Shown: positions 1-12,755, counted from the first letter of the stretch. The stretch: DNA of 64,000 bases from Paramoeba atlantica (GCA_977017575.1 CDRNVI010000201.1:1-64000), one strand, 5' to 3'. Notes: generated by a model from the letters alone, not told the origin. Numbers and translations are program-made.

Positions 1-133
1 AAAAAACAATATTTCAAATCCAACAACAATCAAAAGCTTTTGTCTCAGAATAAATCAACACCAAAAAATGGGGACAACACAGCAACAGAAAAACAGAATG
101 AGTCACAATAAAAAGAAAGAAAGAAAGAAATAC

Positions 134-1545
134 CTTTGTCAACTCTTCAACTTGCTCCAAATTAAAATCAATTCGATCCAAAATTGTACCTTGATCAAGA
201 ACAAGAACCCTCAAATCTTCCATAATTTCTGCCAAGTCCTGAATTGATTTCACAATCTCTTGAATCTCTTGTGATTTGCGTCTTCGTTCATCTTCTTGAA
301 TTACGACAATATCCATTTGAGCGTCTGTGAATCCCTTGTCCATATACTCTTCTGGGACCTATTTTTAAACAAAGTAAAAAGAGAGAAAAGAAAGATCAAG
401 AAGAAAAAGAAAAGAGTGGTATCAAAAGGAGAAATAGGAAAAGGGAATGAAAAAAGGAGACCTTATTTTTTTGCTCGACATAAAAAAGGTCACTTTGGTC
501 ATCATGCCTTCCTTCGACTTTCTTTAAATACTCTAAAATTAAATTTGAACATTAAAAGTTAATTTTTCTTCTTTTCTTTCTTTTCATTTTCTCAACAAAA
601 TCACCAAATAAAAAATAATTGACTCAGTGAGTCAACGAATAACCAAACAACCAAAAAAAAATATCAAGACCACAACCTCTCAAGACCACAACAGCAAGTT
701 TCCAATCAAAAAAGAAAAAGTTTTCAAAAACAAAAAAAAAACCTCTTTGCTTTCTTCGAAAATCAAAAGAAAGCTGTTGAAGTTGATTAGCGAGTGTAGC
801 ACGAACGTTTTTTTTCATTTGTTCATCTTTACTTGACACAGGAGCCCCCATCTCTTTTGTTGTTAATTTTTTCAATTTTCGATTGTTTTGTTGAAATCGA
901 TGTGTAATTTCCGACTGAGAGGGAATTCATTTTAAAAAATTAAAAAGAAAAAGGGAGAAAAGAAGAAAGAAGAGAAAAGGAAAGAAGAAAGAAAGAAAGA
1001 AAGTAAGAAAGAAAGAAGAGAAATCAAAAAACCGTCAAGATTTGGATTTGTTGTTCTTGTTCATATTCATCGCCAAAACCAACCAAAAGATGATCAGAAT
1101 GTAACCCCTCCAACTTTTGCATTTGTTTTTCAATGTTCATAATTTCCAATTTAATTTCATCAACAAGTGGCATCCATTTTGGAGGAGGAGATGCTTCCAT
1201 GCTCACAGAAACTTCTCCAGATTGTAGTAAATGATCTCCTGAGTGTGTCTCTGGGCTGTGTGAGAAAGAAGAAGAAAAAGAGAAAAGGGGGTTTGGTGAG
1301 AAGAAAAAAGAGATTTGAAAAAGAGAGTAGAGAGAGCAGAGAGAGAGAAATTCGTTGTTAGATTGTGGTGTGTCTCTTTTTCTTGAATAATGTTGTCAAA
1401 AAACTTGATGTGATTGGTACAACACAACACAATCTAACAACCTGAGATAAGGTTGTTTGAAATCTCGAGCATACCTCCGAGGGGCGTTGAGTTTGCATTC
1501 TTCTCGCAACTCCAAGAATCTTTTGGTGCGATTACGTGAGGCCAT
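134..1545 (-). CDS. STX16: Syntaxin-16/Tlg2-like Qa-SNARE, multi-exon; the TM-encoding 3' exon lies beyond position 1
   Basis: N-peptide MASRNRTKRFLELR (ATG 1545); Habc exons PPPKWMPLVDEIK and MKKNVRATLANQLQQLSFDFRRKQR; SNARE motif EIQEIVKSIQDLAEIMEDLRVLVLDQGTILDRIDFN. Confidence 0.9.
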
Positions 1546-1984
1546 TGAGTCTCTCCAATATTTTGATGATGTGTTTTTCTTTCTCTTAAGAAGTTTTTTT
1601 TTTCCAAACAAAAAAAAAGTGTTCAGTCTTTGGAAGAAAGAAAGACTGAAACAAAAAGAGAGAAAAGGAAAAGAACAATCGCACGTTTCACAAAAAAAAA
1701 TGAAGGCGAAAAAGAGTTGAGAGGCTAAAAAAAATTGGCTATTTTCTTTCGAATGCGAAAAAAGTTTATTTTTAATAATTTGAAGTATATTTATTATTCG
1801 GTTATCAAAAAATGAAATTGAAAAACTTTGAGGTATATAAAAAATAGAACACTATTTTTTGAAACAGGTTTTTTCCCGCCTTTTTTTATCCAAAAAATAG
1901 GGTTTATTCAAAAGGATCCTTTTTTTTAGTGAATCATTTTATTCTTTTAGTTTTTCGAAAAACAAGCAACCCCCAATCGACAAA

Positions 1985-2569
1985 ATGGTTCGTCTTTATT
2001 TGAACTTTCTTTGTTTTCTTTTGTTGATTCCCATCCTTCTAAAATCTCCATCAAACTGACGAAATTGTTTCTTTTAAATCCAGAGTGGCAAAGGAGGAAA
2101 AGGAGGAAAAGGAGGAAAATCTGCAGTCGAAAAGAAGGGTGGAAAAAAAGTCCCCACATCTCGATCTGCAAAAGCCGGCCTTCAAGTTAGTAGTCAAGAG
2201 CTCATTCTTAAACTTCAGTTTTTATCTAAAGAATATTGAGTCTCACAATCTCTTTTTCAGTTTCCGGTGGGAAGAATTCACAAATCCATGAAAGCTCGTG
2301 TGAATCGAGGTGGTCGTGTGAGTGCGAAGGCTGCTGTTTATGCTGCCGCAATCCTCGAATATTTAACAGCTGAAGTGCTTGAGTTGGCTGGAAATGCAGC
2401 GAAAGATTTGAAGATGAAACGTGTTTCTCCTCGTCATTTACAACTCGCGATTCGTGGAGATGAAGAATTAGATACTCTCATCAAGGCGACGATTGCCGGA
2501 GGTGGTGTGATTCCACATATCCACAAGTCTCTCATTCCTAAAAAAACAAGTAAGAAAAATCAGGAGTGA
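1985..2569 (+). CDS. H2AZ: Histone H2A.Z; exons 1985-1987 (ATG only), 2084-2185, 2261-2569
   Basis: Spliced product contains SRSAKAGLQ|[30 protein letters not shown] and [27 protein letters not shown], which are H2A.Z-diagnostic; GT-AG introns keep the frame. Confidence 0.97.
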
Positions 2570-2676
2570 TGAAAATAAATTATTTTACTATTTTTATTGA
2601 AAGAAGTTCGATTTTTTTATTATTTGGTTTTCGCACAAAAAGAGAGAGAGGAGAGGAGAGGAGAGAGAGAAAAAGT

Positions 2677-3106
2677 TCATGAAGGAGGGGTTGGAAGACG
2701 TTCCCAGGTAATGGAAGGATAATCAGGGTTGGTTGTTTGCCACTCGATGCAAAACCCTGGTGTTGTGAGCAGCTGAGGATCAACATCCGTATTTGTTGTT
2801 TGAACCGTCTGATCAGACCACACAAATTTTGGACGACGTGGATTTGACAAATCCAAACAATATACAAAACCAAAGAGAACCCAAGATGAATCCTCGATTT
2901 TGAAGGTAGCACTCTGACCACTTAACCATTTAACCTTTTTTGAGATGGTGAAGAACGAGAAGAGAAGGAAGCGCGTTTAGTTGCATGACGAAGAAAGAAA
3001 ATAAAAAACTGGGAAAAAGAAAGAAACAAAGACTAAATTGAAAGAAAACCTTCCAGTGACCATCAAATCTTGAAACAGCTTGCGGAGAACCAGTTCCATG
3101 TCCCAT
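2677..3106 (-). CDS. Hypothetical 104-aa protein; exons 3106-3050 and 2934-2677
   Basis: MGHGTGSPQAVSRFDGHWK joins VKWLSGQSATFKIEDSSWVLFGFVYCLDLSNPRRPKFVWSDQTVQTTNTDVDPQLLTTPGFCIEWQTTNPDYPSITWERLPTPPS* across a phase-0 GT..AAG intron; non-repetitive, coding-like composition. Confidence 0.6.
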
Positions 3107-3317
3107 CTTTTTTCCACACCACAAACAATAAAGTTTTTTGAAGCGAAAATAAAAACTCAAAAAATTCGCGTAATTTTCTCTCTGATTCTCGCAGAACAAA
3201 AAAAAAAACACAACAAACACCACAACAACAAACACCACAACAAACACCACAACAACAAACACCACAGCAAACCCAACGTTGAACAACAACCAAAAAGCAA
3301 AACTTTGGTTTTTGAGA

Positions 3318-4585
3318 ATGGGGTTCCTCGAAGTTCTTATTTTGAACTTTGTGGCTTTGGGCCCTGCACTTGTGCTTTTCTTATCTGTTGTCGCTCAGAG
3401 TTCAGTTCTTGTCATTCTCTCGATCGCTGGGTTTCTGCTTTACCTTTTCTTTTCTTGTTTTTTGTTGTTATTTTAAAAACTGAAAAAACTTCTCCCTTCC
3501 TTCTCACCCTTCGAACAACAACACACACACAGATCGTTTTTGTGGACCTTAGGGTTTATGGTCACTTCGCTCACTGGTTGGGCTACATTATCGACCATTG
3601 GAAAATTCGAATATCTGTACGTCATCCCCCTTTCCATCTTTATTACAGAAATCTTTCGAATCTTTTGTGTTTTTCAATACAGGTTTTTCTTGGGGGACTC
3701 TTTTCCTCATTTTTATTCTTTTTTCGAAAAAGAAAACAAAAAGCACACACACACAACACAAATATTGTTGATTGAAGAATTAATTTTATAGACTTGTTCA
3801 CAATCAACTGAGCCCAAAACATAAGATTCCCACAAAGCTCTCAGGTGCAATTGCTCTTGGTTGGGGAATGGGGATCATGCAGGTTTCTTTTTTTTGACAA
3901 AATACTCCTTTCACACATCTTTCAGTCTCAACTCAAAAACAAAATCATTTCCTTTGTATGTGTCTATAGATTTTGGTCACTTTTCAAGGAGTTTTAATTG
4001 AAGCAACTGGTCCAGGTTCTTCTCTCTTCCTTTTTTCTCTTTTCCTTTTCAAATCTCAGGAACCAATAAAAAAATCTTTTGATATTTTTTTTTGATAAAT
4101 AATTAGGAACTCTTGTTCAAGACGAGTGTCCCCTCTCGACTTTCAACTTGACAGCTCTTTTGTCATCTTCTGTCTTTCTTACCCACATTGCACTGACAAT
4201 CATCGCAATGCAAGCGGTCAGTGCATCTGATGATGAAGAGGAAGGAAAAGCGATAAAACGAGAAGGAAAAGAAGAACAAGAACAAGAACAAGAACAAGAA
4301 GCACGCGAAAAAGAAGAAAGAACTCAACAAGAAGAGCAACAGGAAGGTGGGATTATTTCCGGGAGAGTTTTCGCATTTTGGGAACAAAAAGGGTCTTTTG
4401 ATCACCAAAAAATTTGCGCTCTCTTTCTCTTTCACTTTGTCGCTTCCTTCTCTTCTCTTCTGACTTTAGTACCAATCGACTATGCATGCCTTCTTTCAGT
4501 ACTTATCAATTATTCTGTTACAATTGGCGCGTTTTTGTTTTCCTCCTCTTCTAATCGGAGAAAAACGTATGACATTGTTGGTTGA
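3318..4585 (+). CDS. APH1: Gamma-secretase subunit APH-1, multi-exon
   Basis: FVALGPALVLFLSVVA in TM1; GAIALGWGMGIMQ (GxxxG-type TM4); EATGPG; conserved His in TM5 (FLTHIAL) and TM6 (LFHFVAS). Confidence 0.85.
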
Positions 4586-4729
4586 AAAAGAAAAACCCCA
4601 AAAAAACATCCACACAAAATGAAATTGAAGAAAAATAATAAGAAATAAGAAAAAAAAATAACTTTTTTTATATTAGAAACCAGGAAATCCAAAATTGATT
4701 TTTTCTTTTTGAGGGATTTCAAAGTTATG

Positions 4730-5425
4730 TTAACCAGGGACTCCAAAGAGATCAATTTCAACCTCGATATCAGCGTTTACAACATCAGTGCAGTCTACAG
4801 AACTACAAGAACAACAATCACAAGAAATCAAAAGATCCCCACGAGTAGCACCATCACCACGAATAATCATTTGACGATTTTCTCCAAAGAAATCACTCTC
4901 AAGAAAATTGTCCACATCACAACAATGAACTTCAGAACATCCCTCAACTCCATTACAATTACATTCTTGGGTGACATCATAACAACCACGAACTTCGACT
5001 GGATCATGATACAATTCACGATGTTTGTCAGCAAGAGTTTTTCCTTGTGGTTTTTGTTTTGAGGTGGTTTCTTCTCGTTGATTGTTGAATGAAATAAAAG
5101 GTTTTGAACTTCCAGTTCTGTCTTGGAGGTCAGACTCGAAGTCACCTTCGAATTGCAAATGAAATGAGTTTGTGCAAGTCACATTAGCACAACTACAACA
5201 CATACAACGAGTAGCGACAGTGGTGTCATCGAATGTGAGGGTGCGAAGAGGGGGAACAGCTCCAACATTTCGACCTCCAACATTGTCGATTTCGCAACAT
5301 TCCATTGTGTCACAAGGACCAACTCCTCGTTTAGAATCACTCTCAAAATCACAATCGCAAGTCTGGAGAATAGAACAAGAGAGAGTGAAGGAAACAAGAG
5401 CGAACAAACAGAACAAACGTAACAT
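4730..5425 (-). CDS. Secreted cysteine-rich protein, copy 1 (231 aa, two internal Cys repeats)
   Basis: Intact ORF with hydrophobic N-terminal signal (MLRLFCLFALVSFTLSC) and two CxC...C-x4-CC...CxCCxC-x4-C units. Confidence 0.75.
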   Translation of the reverse strand: MLRLFCLFALVSFTLSCSILQTCDCDFESDSKRGVGPCDTMECCEIDNVGGRNVGAVPPLRTLTFDDTTVATRCMCCSCANVTCTNSFHLQFEGDFESDLQDRTGSSKPFISFNNQREETTSKQKPQGKTLADKHRELYHDPVEVRGCYDVTQECNCNGVEGCSEVHCCDVDNFLESDFFGENRQMIIRGDGATRGDLLISCDCCSCSSVDCTDVVNADIEVEIDLFGVPG

Positions 5426-5793
5426 GATTGCCCTCTTCAGTCGAGCAACGAAAGAGAGAGAAAAACTAAAAAAGAAAACTGAAAAAAAAACACCCTTTTT
5501 TTTGGACCACTATCTTTGGTTCAAAAATAAAACTTTTCACATTTTTGAATAATAATTCTCGAAATGAGTGTTGTTTCTTTTTTTTGGGTCTTGTGGAAGA
5601 AAAGAAATTTGCTTCCCATGCTAAAGTTATCATTCAGAGTGGTTTGAAATTTTGAAAGTTTCAAGGTTCCTGTTATGTTGCAATCGTCTTGCAAAATTCC
5701 TCAACAAACCCGCAATCGAAGGTTCGAAACACAAAAATCCACATTCTTTTCGATCCATTCTACATTGCCATTTATTAATTATTTTTTCCTCTT

Positions 5794-6489
5794 TTAACCA
5801 GGGACTCCAAAGAGATCAATTTCAACCTCAATATCAGCGTTTACAACATCAGTGCAGTCTACAGAACTACAAGAACAACAATCACAAGAAATCAAAAGAT
5901 CCCCACGAGTAACACCATCACCACGAATAATCATTTGACGATTTTCTCCAAAGAAATCACTCTCAAGAAAATTGTCCACATCACAACAATGAACTCCAGA
6001 ACATCCCTCAACTCCATTACAATTACATTCTTGGGTGACATCATAACAACCACGAACTTCGACTGGATCATGATACAATTCACGATGTTTGTCAGCAAGA
6101 GTTTTTCCTTGTGGTTTTTGTTTTGAGGTGGTTTCTTCTCGTTGATTGTTAAATGAAATAGAAGGTTTTGAACTTCCAGTTCTGTCTTGGAGGTCAGACT
6201 CGAAGTCACCTTCGAATTGCAAATGAAATGAGTTTGTGCAAGTCACATTAGCACAACTACAACACATACAACGAGTAGCGACAGTGGTGTCATCGAATGT
6301 GAGGGTGCGAAGAGGGGGAACAGCTCCAACATTTCGACCTCCAACATTGTCGATTTCGCAACATTCCATTGTGTCACAAGGACCAACTCCTCGTTTAGAA
6401 TCACTCTCAAAATCACAATCGCAAGTCTGGAGAATAGAACAAGAGAGAGAGAAGGAAACAAGAGCGAACAAACAGAACAAACGTAACAT
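5794..6489 (-). CDS. Secreted cysteine-rich protein, copy 2 (231 aa)
   Basis: Differs from copy 1 at 4 residues by eye (T/S, F/S, E/G, A/V); ATG at 6489. Confidence 0.75.
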   Translation of the reverse strand: MLRLFCLFALVSFSLSCSILQTCDCDFESDSKRGVGPCDTMECCEIDNVGGRNVGAVPPLRTLTFDDTTVATRCMCCSCANVTCTNSFHLQFEGDFESDLQDRTGSSKPSISFNNQREETTSKQKPQGKTLADKHRELYHDPVEVRGCYDVTQECNCNGVEGCSGVHCCDVDNFLESDFFGENRQMIIRGDGVTRGDLLISCDCCSCSSVDCTDVVNADIEVEIDLFGVPG

Positions 6490-6788
6490 GATTGTTCTCC
6501 TTGTGATCTCGAAGTGAGAAAAACTAAGAAAAACTGAAGACCTAAAAAAAACAGGCGGAACGCCAGGAAACAAACCAATTTTTTCCAAATTAGGTTTGAA
6601 TGGGTTGTTTGAATTTTGGATTCTAAATTTGGTTCGAAATGGTGTTGTTCGCGATTTGTGTTGTTTTTTTTTGTCAGTTTTTTGGTCCAAACTCAGATCA
6701 TCTGGACCCAGAGTGTTTGTCTTTGAACGGATTGATTTTGAACTACAACAACAACAAAGGGAAAAGAGAGGATATTTGGTAGAAAAAG

Positions 6789-9450
6789 ATGTCGTGGTTT
6801 GAGGGTTTGTGTTCAAAACCTTTTTTTTTTCTCTCTCTCTCTCTTTTGTTTTTTGTGTCAGGTGCATCTGAAAACAAAAAAAAGAATCGGCGATTCTCAT
6901 TTTTCTCTCTCTTTTTTCGATTCTTTCTTTTTCTTTGTTTCTGAGATTGTCTTTTGAACAACATTGTTCTTTGAACAACATTGTTCTTTGAACAACAGGC
7001 TCCCCAATGGGAATAGCCCCAAAGCCACGATATGGTGTTGTATCAGCTGTTCTTGATGAAAAGCGAATTTTGGTTGTTGGTGGTCGGAATTTGTCTGCTG
7101 ACTTCTTCTCTGATTGTTGGTTGTTGACTTATGAGACAATCACTTGGAATCAGGTTTTTCTTTCTTTGTTGTTGAGAAAAGTTATTGTTTGATAAAAGTT
7201 GTTGTTGTGAGAAAAAAAGACCCTCCTATTTTTGCTCCTTTCATTTTCATCTGAGGAAAACATCATTTTTTAAAAAAGAAAAAAGAAAAAAATCAATGAA
7301 AATCAATGAAAAAGAAAATTGATTTTTTTTTTTCGATTGGGTAGGTGGAAAGTTCAGGGCCTTTACCTCCAGTTGTTTTTAGTTCTGGAGATGTTGTTGG
7401 TTCTCGTATTTATATGTTTGGAGGTCATTTTTTGTTTTTATTTTTTGTTGTTTTTTTTTTGGAAGGGGGAGTTTATTTTTTTTTTTTTGGTATTCTTCTG
7501 CCCTTCAAATCTTTTTTTTAATCTTTTTTGTGTTCCCTGTTCAAATTGTTATGGTTTTATGTTTTGAAATTTGGGCAAGATATTCTTTGTTATGGAGCCT
7601 AAATGACTCCAAATTCATTGGTTTACTCCAATCAAACATTCACATTAAAAAAAAATAGGAAAAATGAAAGATGGGTGTTTTGGAGAGATATTGTCTGCTT
7701 CCATTGATTGTCTCTTGTCCACAAATGTTAAAAAAAGTATTCAATGGGAATTAATTGAGTCAAAAGGTTTTGCTTTTTCATTCTTCTTCTCCTCTTTTTT
7801 CCTTTTTTGATTTATTTTTTTTCTCTTTCTTTTGGAAAATAGGTCCCAAGCCAACTCCACGATATGGTCACACATGTAACAGGTACACATTTTCTTCTTC
7901 TTTTTGTGTGATGAATTGTAGTTTTTATTGAAATGTTTTCAATTTTTATTATTATTTCCAAACACATGATTGTGTGTATGAGTGGTAGAATGGTAATTGA
8001 CAGAATTGATTTCTTCAATTAAACAATGAAAATAGTGTGGATGGAAAGAGACTTATTTTCTATGGTGGAGCACAAGGATCGAATTTTTATTCTGATATTT
8101 ATTACTTCTTCCCTGAAACCAACACGTTTCTTTTTCTTTTCTTTTCTTTTTTCATTTTCATGTGTGTTTCTATTTTTTTTTTCTTTGTTAATTTCGATTG
8201 GAAAATAGATGGAAGAAACCAAATTGCAGTGGTATAGGACCTGAAGGACGTTGTTACCACACTTCAACTCTTATTGGTTCATTTTTTTTGTTGTTGTTGT
8301 GACCGAGTCAAAAAGAAAGAAAAGAGAGAAGAATATTCAATAGAATCCAAATATTTAGAAGAATACAATTATTGATTGAATTCCTTTCTCTATTTCCCCC
8401 CCTCTAAAAAAAACAAAAAACAAAAAAAACAAAAATCAATAGGAAGGAATTTGTATATTTTTGGAGGGATGGGAAAATCAAAAATTCTTGCGGATGTGTA
8501 TGTTTTTAATGTTGATACTGATAATTGGACCAAAGTTATGCTTCCTGGTACTCCTCAAGCTCGTTTTGGTCATACTGCTACTGCTATTGGCAATAGGTTT
8601 TTTTTTTTTTTTTGTTTTTTTTGTTTTTTTTTTTTTTTTTGTTGTTGTTTTTTTGTTGTTTTTGTTGTTTTTTTTTTGTTGTTTTTTTTTGTTGTTTTTT
8701 GTTGTTGTTGTTTTTTGTTGTTGTTTTTTGTTGTTGTTTTTTGTTGTTGTTTTTTGTTGTTGTTTTTTGTTTTGTTTCTCTCATCTCTTCCTTTTTTCCT
8801 TTTCTATTTCTTTGAATAGCATTATCATGTATGGAGGAAGAGCAATGCCATCTGAGCCAAGTGATGGCGAAGGAGGAGGGGGTGATTTAATTGATAGTTT
8901 TGCGAGTGGTGTTCCTGTTCTTGATACTGAAAATCGGTTTGGGTTTTTTTGAGTGTAGTTTTTAAAGAGGAGAGGATAGAGAGAGAGAGAGGGAGAGAGG
9001 GAGAGAGAGAGGGAGGGAGAGAGGTAGAGAGGTTGTGTGAGATAAGATGGAGAGTTGTTGGGTGGTGTTTTGTGTGTTGTGTTTTTTTTGTTCTTTATTC
9101 TTGTTCTTGTTCTTGTTGTTCTTGTCGTTCTTCCTCATGTTTATGCTCATGTTTAAGTGATTCTGGTGGTTCCTTTGTAAAAGAGCAAAGGAAAAGAAGA
9201 AAGAAAAATCAGAGTGAGAGTGGACTTGAAAGGCGTGTTTCTGACAAGAAAAAGAGAGAGAAAGAAAAGAAAAGAAAAGAAAAGAAAAGAAAAGAAAAGA
9301 AAAAGAAAAGAAAAGAAAGTGAAATATGCTAAATATGAAACAGGGGATGGGTGTCAAATAATTTGGAAAATAAAGTGACAGATGAAGACGTTGCCCATCA
9401 ATCTGCTGTTGGTATTTCTAGCAAAGTTGTCTTTTTGTTTGGTTTGAAGC
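6789..9450 (+). CDS. Kelch-repeat region
   Basis: Repeated GG...W and PR(Y/F)GH signatures over several exons, starting MSWFE|GSPMGIAPKPRYG. Confidence 0.85.
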
Positions 9451-12400
9451 TTGTTATTAAGGTTTTTTATTTTTTTTTTATTTATTTTTATTTATTTATT
9501 ATTATTTTTTATTTTTTATTTTTTATTTTTTATTTTTTTATTTTTTTATTTTTTTATTTTTTTATTTTTTTATTTTTTTATTTTTTTATTTTTTTATTTT
9601 TTTATTTTTTTATTTTTTTATTTTTTTATTTTTTATTTTGTGGGATTTTTTTTTGACAATTTTGGGGTCTTATTGTTTGTTAGTTTGTTTGGAAATTTGG
9701 AAATTGATTGTTGATTGATTGTTAATCATTATTCATTGATTGCCAATTGTTGATTGTTGTTGTTTTGATGAATGATTTATTTTGTTGTTTGGTCCTCATA
9801 AAAAAATTATTTGGAATAAAAAGACAAAAAAAAATAAATAATAAATAATAAAAATGTTGCACAACAGAAAAGTGGGCGAAAATTAAATCCTCAATTGGAA
9901 ATAACAAACAAACATCGAATTCTTTATCATCTTGAATCTATTTCTCTTCAATTTCATCATGATGGTTATTTTCTCTCTTTTTTTCTTTCTCTTTCTCTTT
10001 CTCTTTCTCTTTTCTTGAATCTATTTCTCTTCAATTTCATCATGATGGTTATTTTCTCTTTTTTTTTTTCTTTTTCTTTTTCTTTTTTTTTTTCTTTTTC
10101 TTTTTCTTTCTCTTTCTCTCTTTCTCTTTTCTTGAATCTATTTCTCTTCAATTTCACTATGATGGTTATTTTCTCTCTTTTTTTCTTTTTTTTTCTTCCT
10201 TTTTCTTTTTCTTTTTCTTTCTCTTTTTTTCTTTTTTTCTTTTTCTCTCTTTCTCTTTCTCTCTTTCTTTCTTTCTCTTTCTCTCTTACCTTTTTCCAAA
10301 AGAACTGAGAGACTGAAATGAAAATAAAATAGGATCACAAACAAAAGGGGAAAGAGGGGTTGAGAATAAGAGAATAGGGAAGAGAAAGAGTCAACATTTT
10401 TTAAATCGATTGTATGTGTTTTTCTACTGGATGATTATTTATTAGCTTTTTTTTTTCTTTTTTTTTCTTTTTTCTTTTTCTTTTTTTCTTTTTCTTTTTT
10501 CTTTTTTCTTTTTCTTTTTTTGTTTTTCTTTTTCTTTTTCTTTTTCTTTTTTTTTCTTTTCTTTTTTTTTGTTATTTTTTCGACCGCTTTCATTTTATTT
10601 CAAGTTAAAAAAACGAAATTTAAATGATCTCTCTTTCTTTTTCTTCTTCCCTATTCTCTCCCTCTCTCTCCCTCTTCTCTCCCTCTCTCTCCCTCTTTCC
10701 TTCTCTTTTCCAATAAAACAGAGAAAAGAGAAAATCAGGGGGACATCAGGGGGCGATTATTGCAAGAGATTCGAGTCCGAGTATCACTCGACGCAAAGAT
10801 GCTGCTGCTCAGAAAAAACCTGTTTTTTATTTTTTTATTATTTTTTTTATTATTTTTTTTATTATTTTTTTATTATTTTTTTTTTTGTTTTTATTTTGTT
10901 TTTTTTATTTTTTTTTTGTTTTTTGTTTTTTCTTTTCTTTTTTGTTTTTTTTTTTTGTTTTTTTCTATTTCTTTTTTCTTTTCTTTTTTTTTCTTTCTAT
11001 CTTCCACCTCTCTCTTTCTTCCTCCTTTTCTCTCCTCTCTCTCCCCTCTCTCTCTAATCTCGACAAAACAAAAACAAAACAGAAAAAAGAGAAGAGCGCA
11101 GGATCAATTGGATTACCATATAATATTGTTCATCGTGCTCATGTTGATGTTGATTTTAATTGGACGGTTTTTTTTTTTTTCTATTTTTTTTTTTCTATTT
11201 TTTTTTTTTTTTTTTTTTTATTTTTTTCCTTTTCTTTTTTTCTTTTTTTTATTTTTCTTTTTTCCTTTTTTATTTCTCTTTTTCTCTTCTGTTCTCTTTC
11301 CCTCTCTTTCTTTTATCTTCTTGAATGAAATAAAAATTTATTTATTTATTTTTAATTATTGTTTAATAAAGGGAGGAAAAGCTGGAGAAATGTTTACAAT
11401 GCAAGAGAAATTGGGAAAGGGTGCTTATGCTACTGTTTATAAAGGTAAAACCTTCTTCTTTCTCTCTCTTTCTCTCTTCTCTCTCTTCCTCTCTCTCTTC
11501 CTCTCTTTCCTCTTTCTTTCTTTCTTTGTCTTCTTCCTTTCTTCCATTTTTTCCTTTTTCTTCTTCTTTTTCTTGTTCTTGTTCTTTCTCTCTTTTGTTC
11601 TCTTCTCCCCTCATTTCCCTTTCTCCTTTCTTCTCCTTTCTTTCTCTCTCTCTCTTTCTCTTTCTCTAATTAATCTTTTCAAAGGGATACACAAAGAAAG
11701 TGGATTTATTTTGGCGATAAAAGAAATTGAAGATATTGATGATGATGAAGATTTGAAAAAAGAAATTGATATTTTGAAAGGTTTTATTTTTATTTCTTTT
11801 CTTTTCTTTTCTTTTCTTTTCTTTTCTTTTCTTTTCTTTTCTTTTCTTTTCTTTTCTTTTAAATAAATTTCCCTCACTTCTTCTCTTTCCTTTCTCTTTC
11901 CTCTCTTTCCTCTCTTTCCTCTCTTTCCTCCCTCTCTCTTCTCCCCCCCATTAGCATGTCGACATCCAAATATTGTATGTTATTATGGAACTTGCGATAC
12001 ACAGAAGAGTTTATGGATTTTAATGGATTATTGCGGAATGGTAATTTTTTGATTTTAGAGACAGAGAGGAAAGAAAAAGAGAGAGAGGAGAGGAAAGAGA
12101 AAGAAGAGAGAGGGAAAAAAAAAGAAAGATGAGAGAGAAATGAAATAAGTTAGCTAAATAAAAGGGATTTGTGAGAGATATGATTGAATTAAGACAAAAA
12201 GTATTACCAAGAGAAAAAAGGAGAAGAGAGAGAAGAGAGAGAGAAGAGAGAGAGAGAGAGAGAAGAGAAAGAGAGAGAAACTAACTCAAATAAAAGGGAT
12301 CTGTGAGAGATATGATTGAATCAAGACAAAAAGTATTACAAGATGCAGAAATTCGATATATTTTGAAGCAATCTTTGAAGGGTCTTTCTTATCTTCATGT

Positions 12401-12755
12401 CAAGGGTATTATTCATAGGTTTTTTTTTATTTGTTTTTTCGAAAAGGAAAAGAAATTGAGAAAAGGAAAAGAAATTGAGAAAAGGAAAAGAAAAGCTTAG
12501 AAAAGAAAAAAAGAAAAAGAAAGAAATAAAAAGAAAGAAAAGAAGAAAGAAGAAGAGGAAAAAAAGAAAAGAAAACTAATAAACAAAAAAAAAAGGGATA
12601 TCAAAGCGGCAAACATTTTAATGAACAAAGAAGGTGATATTAAATTGGCTGATTTTGGTGTTTCTGAACAATTATGTGGAGCTGGTTTTTTATTTTATTT
12701 GTTTATTTATTATTATTTATTGTTATTTATTATTATTTATTATTATTTATTATTA

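Noticed and set aside
3205-3275. CAACAAACACCA-type repeats suggesting telomeric or regulatory repeats
   Set aside because: Short degenerate microsatellite in an intergenic/UTR region; no recognised telomere unit.
6490-6981. 164-aa N-terminal extension of Cys-rich copy 2 (395-aa ORF)
   Set aside because: Homology with copy 1 and the signal peptide start at 6489; the extension runs antisense through the first exon and intron of the Kelch gene.
6953-6998. 17-bp tandem repeat (tttgaacaacattgttc) with partial dyad symmetry, CRISPR-like at first sight
   Set aside because: About 2.7 adjacent copies with no spacers, at an intron 3' end of a eukaryotic gene; a simple slippage duplication.
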